DNA of 64,000 nucleotides from Candidatus Latescibacterota bacterium (GTDB lineage Bacteria; Latescibacterota; UBA2968; UBA8231): NCBI GenBank assembly GCA_965243025.1, contig CBDETY010000003.1, positions 4,288,001 to 4,352,000 of the forward strand, read 5' to 3'. Shown piece by piece: positions 59,410 to 64,000 of this stretch (position 1 is its first letter; each line of letters starts with the position of its first letter). The notes under the pieces were generated by a model. It saw only the letters and a program-made list of their open reading frames with translations, ran no database searches and was not told where the DNA came from. The position numbers and the translations under genes were made by a program.

Positions 59410-60657
59410 ATGGTCATTCAGACGGCGGCAGCCGGCGATCTGCTCAACGTCGAAGCGGTAAGGCGCGACTTCCCCATCCTCTCGCGGCGCGTGCGGCACA
59501 AGCCGCTGGTCTATCTCGACAACGCCGCGACGGCGCAGAAGCCGCGCTCCGTCATCGCCGCGGTGTCCCGCTACTACGAGCAGGAGAACGCCAACATCCA
59601 CCGCGGGGTCCACCGGCTCTCGCAGGAGGCGACGTTCGCGTACGAGCGGGCGCGAGGCCGCATCGCCCAGTTCCTCAACGCCGAAAGCAGCGAGGAGATC
59701 GTCTTCGTCCGCGGCACCACCGAGGGGATCAACCTCGTCGCCTCCAGCTTCGGGCGCACCCGGATCGAAGCCGGCGACGAGGTGCTGATCACCCACATGG
59801 AGCACCATTCCAACATCGTGCCGTGGCAGATCGCCTGCCGCGAGCGCGAGGCGACCCTCAAGGTCGCCCCCATCGACGACTCGGGGCGCCTCGACATGGA
59901 TGCCTTCGAGGGCCTTCTCTCCGAGCGCACCCGCCTGGTGGCGGTCGCCCACGCCTCGAACGTGCTCGGGACGATCAACCCGGTGGCCGAGATCGCCCGC
60001 CTCGCCCACGACCGGGGGGCGGTCCTGCTCGTGGACGGGGCCCAGGGCGCACCCCACCTGCCCGTGGACGTGCGCGCCCTCGACTGCGACTTCTACCTGT
60101 TTTCCGGCCACAAGCTCTGCGGTCCGACCGGCATCGGGGTGCTCTACGGCAGGCGGGCGCTGCTGGAGGCCATGCCCCCCTGGGAAGGGGGCGGCTCGAT
60201 GATCGAGTCGGTCAGCTTCGAGAAGACGACCTTCGCCGATCCGCCGACCAGGTTCGAGGCGGGCACCCCGAACATCGCCGGCGCCATAGGGCTCGAGGCG
60301 GCCGTCGACTACGTCAACGAGGTCGGCCCCGAACGGATCGACCAGTACGAGCAGAGCCTGCTCGCCTACGCCGAGGAGAAGCTCGCCGAGGTCGAGGGCC
60401 TGCGGATCTTCGGAACTTCCGACGACAAGGTGGCGGTTATCTCATTCGAGCTGCACGGGGTCCACCCCCACGACACCGGCACGATACTCGACCTCGAGGG
60501 GGTGGCCATCCGCACCGGCCACCACTGCGCCCAGCCCCTGATGTCCCGCTTCGGGGTGCCGGCGATGGCGCGCGCCTCGCTGGCTTTCTACAACACCCGC
60601 GAGGAGGTCGACGTGCTGGCCGGCGCCCTCGCGTCGGTGCGCTCGGTGCTGGTGTGA
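59410..60657 (+). CDS. sufS: Cysteine desulfurase SufS
   Basis: YLDNAATAQKP, EHHSN.VPW, FSGHK, RFEAGTP, RTGHHCAQP. Confidence 0.97.
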   Translation: MVIQTAAAGDLLNVEAVRRDFPILSRRVRHKPLVYLDNAATAQKPRSVIAAVSRYYEQENANIHRGVHRLSQEATFAYERARGRIAQFLNAESSEEIVFVRGTTEGINLVASSFGRTRIEAGDEVLITHMEHHSNIVPWQIACREREATLKVAPIDDSGRLDMDAFEGLLSERTRLVAVAHASNVLGTINPVAEIARLAHDRGAVLLVDGAQGAPHLPVDVRALDCDFYLFSGHKLCGPTGIGVLYGRRALLEAMPPWEGGGSMIESVSFEKTTFADPPTRFEAGTPNIAGAIGLEAAVDYVNEVGPERIDQYEQSLLAYAEEKLAEVEGLRIFGTSDDKVAVISFELHGVHPHDTGTILDLEGVAIRTGHHCAQPLMSRFGVPAMARASLAFYNTREEVDVLAGALASVRSVLV

Positions 60658-61142
60658 TGGAAGAGCTCAGGGAGCTGTACCAGCAGGTCATCCTCGACCA
60701 CAACCGGAACCCGCGGAACTTCGGCAGGATCGACGGGGCCAACCGCCGGCAGGAGGGGTACAACCCCCTGTGCGGCGATCACCTGCACCTGCACCTGCAG
60801 GTCGGCGACGGGGGCGGGGAGGCGGTGATCGAGGACATCTCCTTCGAGGGCTCGGGCTGCGCCATCTCGAAGGCGTCGGCGTCGCTGATGACCGAAGCCC
60901 TCAAGGGCAGCTCGGCGGCCGAGGCCAGGCAGCTGTTCGAGCTCTTCCACGACCTGGTGACGGCCGATCCCGGGGACGCGGTCGATACCTCGGGGGTCGG
61001 CAAGCTGGCCGTCTTCGCCGGGGTGCGGGAGTTCCCGATGCGGGTGAAGTGCGCGACCCTGGCCTGGCACGCGATGAAAGCCGCCCTGGAGGCCGACGAC
61101 GGCGCCGGGAAAGGCGCGGAGCAGACGGTAACCACGGAGTGA
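60657..61142 (+). CDS. sufU: SufU sulfur-transfer protein
   Basis: LYQQVILDH, NPLCGD, GCAISKAS.S, RVKCATL.W. Confidence 0.93.
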   Translation: MEELRELYQQVILDHNRNPRNFGRIDGANRRQEGYNPLCGDHLHLHLQVGDGGGEAVIEDISFEGSGCAISKASASLMTEALKGSSAAEARQLFELFHDLVTADPGDAVDTSGVGKLAVFAGVREFPMRVKCATLAWHAMKAALEADDGAGKGAEQTVTTE

Positions 61143-61143
61143 G

Positions 61144-61482
61144 GTGAAAATGCAGATGCAGAAGGAGTACCCGGCCGAGAGCGTCGAGGAGAAAGTGGTC
61201 GCCGTCCTCAAGACCTGCTACGACCCGGAGATCCCGGTCGACATCTACGAGCTGGGCCTGATCTACGGCGTCAGCGCCGACGAGGCCGGCAAGGTCCACG
61301 TGACCATGACCCTGACCTCGCCGGCCTGCCCGGTCGCCGGCACCCTGCCGCCGGAGGTGCAGCAGAAGATCGAGGAGAGGGTCGACGAAGCCTCCGCCGC
61401 CGAGGTCGAGGTCGTCTGGGATCCTCCCTGGAACACCGACATGATGTCCGACGCGGCCAAGCTGGAACTGGGCATGTTCTGA
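61144..61482 (+). CDS. sufT: SufT/DUF59 Fe-S assembly protein
   Basis: DPEIPVDIYELGLIY, MTLTSPACP, VWDPPW. Confidence 0.9.
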   Translation: MKMQMQKEYPAESVEEKVVAVLKTCYDPEIPVDIYELGLIYGVSADEAGKVHVTMTLTSPACPVAGTLPPEVQQKIEERVDEASAAEVEVVWDPPWNTDMMSDAAKLELGMF

Positions 61483-61498
61483 AACAGGAGAAGCGGCG

Positions 61499-61969
61499 AT
61501 GAAGCTGAGTGCACAGGAAGAGTACGGACTGCGCTGCCTGCTGACCCTGGCGCGCCACCCGGGCGGCAGCCTGACGATCCCCGAGATCGCCCAGTCCGAG
61601 GGAATCGCCCCCCACAGCGCCGCCAGGTACCTGCGCATCCTGCGCCAGGCCGGCATCATCGACAGCGAGCGGGGCCAGCACGGCGGCTACTCCCTGGCGA
61701 GGGACGCCTCCCGGATTCCGGTCGCCGAGGTGCTGAGCGCCCTCGGCGGACGCCTCTACGACCCCGGTTTCTGCGACCACTTCACCGGCATGGAGGAGGC
61801 CTGCCAGCACTCAACCGTCGACTGCTCGATCCGCGGCCTGTGGATGCGGGTGCAGCGCGCCGTCGACGGGGTGCTGGGCAACACCTCCCTGCAGGATCTT
61901 CTCACCGGAGTCGAGGGCGCCCCCGGCGGCGGGGAGGAAGAGCTGCTGCAGGTCAACCCGAGCGGCTGA
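61499..61969 (+). CDS. Rrf2 family regulator with three Cys (IscR-like Fe-S sensor)
   Basis: MKLSAQEEYGLR, SERG..GGY.L, C-X7-C-X6-C. Confidence 0.9.
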   Translation: MKLSAQEEYGLRCLLTLARHPGGSLTIPEIAQSEGIAPHSAARYLRILRQAGIIDSERGQHGGYSLARDASRIPVAEVLSALGGRLYDPGFCDHFTGMEEACQHSTVDCSIRGLWMRVQRAVDGVLGNTSLQDLLTGVEGAPGGGEEELLQVNPSG

Positions 61970-61982
61970 AACCCGCAGGCGG

Positions 61983-63917
61983 TCACGGCCCCCACGGCCG
62001 CCGCGCCACCTGCTGCCGGAGCTCGGCGCAGGCCCGCGGCTGATACTCCGGCCACTGCGTCTCGCGCAGGTCGAAGCCGAAGGCCCGCTTGCTCAGCACG
62101 ATCAGCGGCGGCGACTGGATCCTCTTGAAGAAGCTCGAGCGCAGCTGGCGCTCCACCCGGTCGAGATCTTCCAGCCAGGCGGCGGCATCGGCGAAGTGGG
62201 CGCTGAAGGCCTTCCAGTCCCCCCACTCCAGCCGTTCCAACAGCTCCCCCCGCAGGTACCAGCGCATCAGGTCGGCCGGGTGGCGCCGGTACTCGATCAG
62301 CTGCCGCAGGACGGCGTCGTGGTACCCGTACCTGATCGGGTCCCCCATCCCCCGGGTGACGTCCTGCTCCGGCGACAGCTCGGCGCTGGGCACCGTCTCC
62401 ATGCTCAGCAGGTTCTCCGGGATCACCTCGCGCCCGTAGACGGCGTCGTTGAGGTACCTGCCGAGGGCGAACACCTGCACCTTGTAGAGATCCCCGAGCG
62501 GGGAGACGGCCCCGTCGAGGTCGCCGTACAGGGTCGTGTACCCGAGGGCGAGCTCGGTCTTGTTGCCGTTGTTGGTGAAGATGAGCCCGTGCTTGGCGGC
62601 GATGCCGGCGAGGAGGTCTGAGAAGCGGATGCGGGCCTGGATGTTCTCGTCGACGAGGCGGTCGTAGCGCCCCTGCGAACGCGGGAAGACGATCCCCTCG
62701 ATGCGGGCGGCGACCTGCCGGTAGAGGTCTTCGATCGGACAGCTGAGGTAGTCTACCCGCAGGCGCTCGCACAGGAGGCGGGCGTTGTCGCGGGTGACGC
62801 CGGCGTTGTGGCGGGTCGGCATGTTGACGGCGAAGACGCGGTCCGCCCCGAAGGTCCGCTCCAACAGGCAGGCGACCACGCTTGAGTCGATGCCGCCGCT
62901 GACGCCGACGAGAAAGCGGTTCTCGCCGCCGCGCACGTGGTCGAGGTGCCGCAGCCCGGTGCGGATGGCGCAGTACACGGACTCGACCTCCTCCTGCTCG
63001 CGCGGCGCTTCCGGTGCCGGCGGGCCGGAGGCTTCCCCGGCCGGGTTCAGCACGAGGAGCTCCTCCTCCCAGGGGCGCGCCCGGCGCCTGACGCCGCCGT
63101 CGCTGCCGTAGAAGGTCGAGTCGCCGTCGAATACGACGATGTTCTTGCCGTTGTTCTGGGCCCCGACCTGGTTGACGTAGAAGAAGGGTAGCGGCGAGCG
63201 CTTCAGGATGTCGCGGACGACGCGGTTGCGCTTGTCGTTCTTGCGCCAGGTCCAGGGAGAGGAGGAGAGGTTGAAGACGGCCTGCGCCTCGCGCTCGCGG
63301 TAGGCGGCGAGGGTGTCGAGGATGTCGCCGTCGCAGCCGTAGTCCCGGCACCAGATATCCTCGCACAGCTGGACGCCGAAGCGGAAGCGCCTCCCGTCTC
63401 CCAATCCCACCTCGAACGGAACCATCCAGTCGTACACCGAACGCCCCTCCGAAGCGGCGAGCTTGCGCAGCGAGTAGAAGTGCCGGTCGTCGTCGAAGAA
63501 GCGGTAGTTCGGGTGCAGGGTCTTCGGCTGGACCCCGGGGGGCAGCCCCTCCGGCAGGCCGGGGCGGGAGACGTACTCGCCGTCGCTGCAGACGTACACG
63601 GCGTTGTACTTGCGCATGCGCCCGTCCTCCCCGATGCGCGCCCGGTCGACGGCGACGTTGCCGAAGAGGACGGTGATCCCCTCGCTGGCGCCGCGGATAT
63701 CCTCGCTGTACCCGGAGAAGTCGGCAGCCAGCTCGTCCACCTCCCAGAGGTCGCCGACGATGTAGCCGCTGACGCAGAGCTCGGAAAAGACCACCACCTC
63801 GGCTCCCCGGCGCCGCGCCTCGCCGATGTAGTCCAGCATCGACGCGGCGTTGAGGTCGGGGCGGCCCGGTTTCACCTCCATCTGCACCAGGCCGATGCGC
63901 GGCAGGACTTCGGTCAT
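61983..63917 (-). CDS. nadE: Glutamine-dependent NAD+ synthetase
   Basis: Nitrilase domain (FSEL, K..L.NY..FDD.R.F, LCEDIW) plus SGGIDS, ENIQAR, NKTE.ALGY.TLYGD, PSAEL. Confidence 0.95.
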   Translation of the reverse strand: MTEVLPRIGLVQMEVKPGRPDLNAASMLDYIGEARRRGAEVVVFSELCVSGYIVGDLWEVDELAADFSGYSEDIRGASEGITVLFGNVAVDRARIGEDGRMRKYNAVYVCSDGEYVSRPGLPEGLPPGVQPKTLHPNYRFFDDDRHFYSLRKLAASEGRSVYDWMVPFEVGLGDGRRFRFGVQLCEDIWCRDYGCDGDILDTLAAYREREAQAVFNLSSSPWTWRKNDKRNRVVRDILKRSPLPFFYVNQVGAQNNGKNIVVFDGDSTFYGSDGGVRRRARPWEEELLVLNPAGEASGPPAPEAPREQEEVESVYCAIRTGLRHLDHVRGGENRFLVGVSGGIDSSVVACLLERTFGADRVFAVNMPTRHNAGVTRDNARLLCERLRVDYLSCPIEDLYRQVAARIEGIVFPRSQGRYDRLVDENIQARIRFSDLLAGIAAKHGLIFTNNGNKTELALGYTTLYGDLDGAVSPLGDLYKVQVFALGRYLNDAVYGREVIPENLLSMETVPSAELSPEQDVTRGMGDPIRYGYHDAVLRQLIEYRRHPADLMRWYLRGELLERLEWGDWKAFSAHFADAAAWLEDLDRVERQLRSSFFKRIQSPPLIVLSKRAFGFDLRETQWPEYQPRACAELRQQVARRPWGP

Positions 63918-64000
63918 TGACAAAATCGGGACGCGGAAGCGCCTGGCTCGCAAAGCGCCTGAACGAGTCTACAGGGCCGCCGCCTGCGCCGGCGCCGAAA

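Overview
High-GC bacterial chromosome segment, most likely from the FCB superphylum (Ca. Latescibacterota-like, inferred from gene content and a C-terminal 'TAVESVSWGRIKASL' sorting motif). It is mostly housekeeping. In order: an hflC-hflK/periplasmic binding protein/ZIP block; a TPR lytic transglycosylase; a minus-strand catabolic run (enolase-superfamily enzyme, beta-decarboxylating dehydrogenase, PhyH, two DmpA paralogs, mutY, DUF368); tRNA-Lys(CTT) with an adjacent MNT-HEPN toxin-antitoxin islet; efp-accBC-gcvH; HNH-scpAB-rluB-cmk-rpsA; mutS-rlmB-lptD; dtd-maf-rodZ-priA; a PorZ-like/DUF4159/DUF4175/TPR/MoxR/DUF58 cluster; a sufBCDSUT-rrf2 operon whose SufB carries a 357-aa LAGLIDADG intein; and nadE. 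The most unusual element is a ~3.2 kb islet (49.4-52.6 kb) splitting the MoxR cluster. It holds a histidine kinase remnant, a NarL-type regulator, three phased 7-2-7 palindromes and a low-GC small gene. That gene's signal peptide joins, via a one-base frameshift missed by the ORF track, an 8-cysteine defensin-like domain. An ERIC-like palindromic MITE family occurs four times. All calls come from motif recognition by eye; no searches were run.
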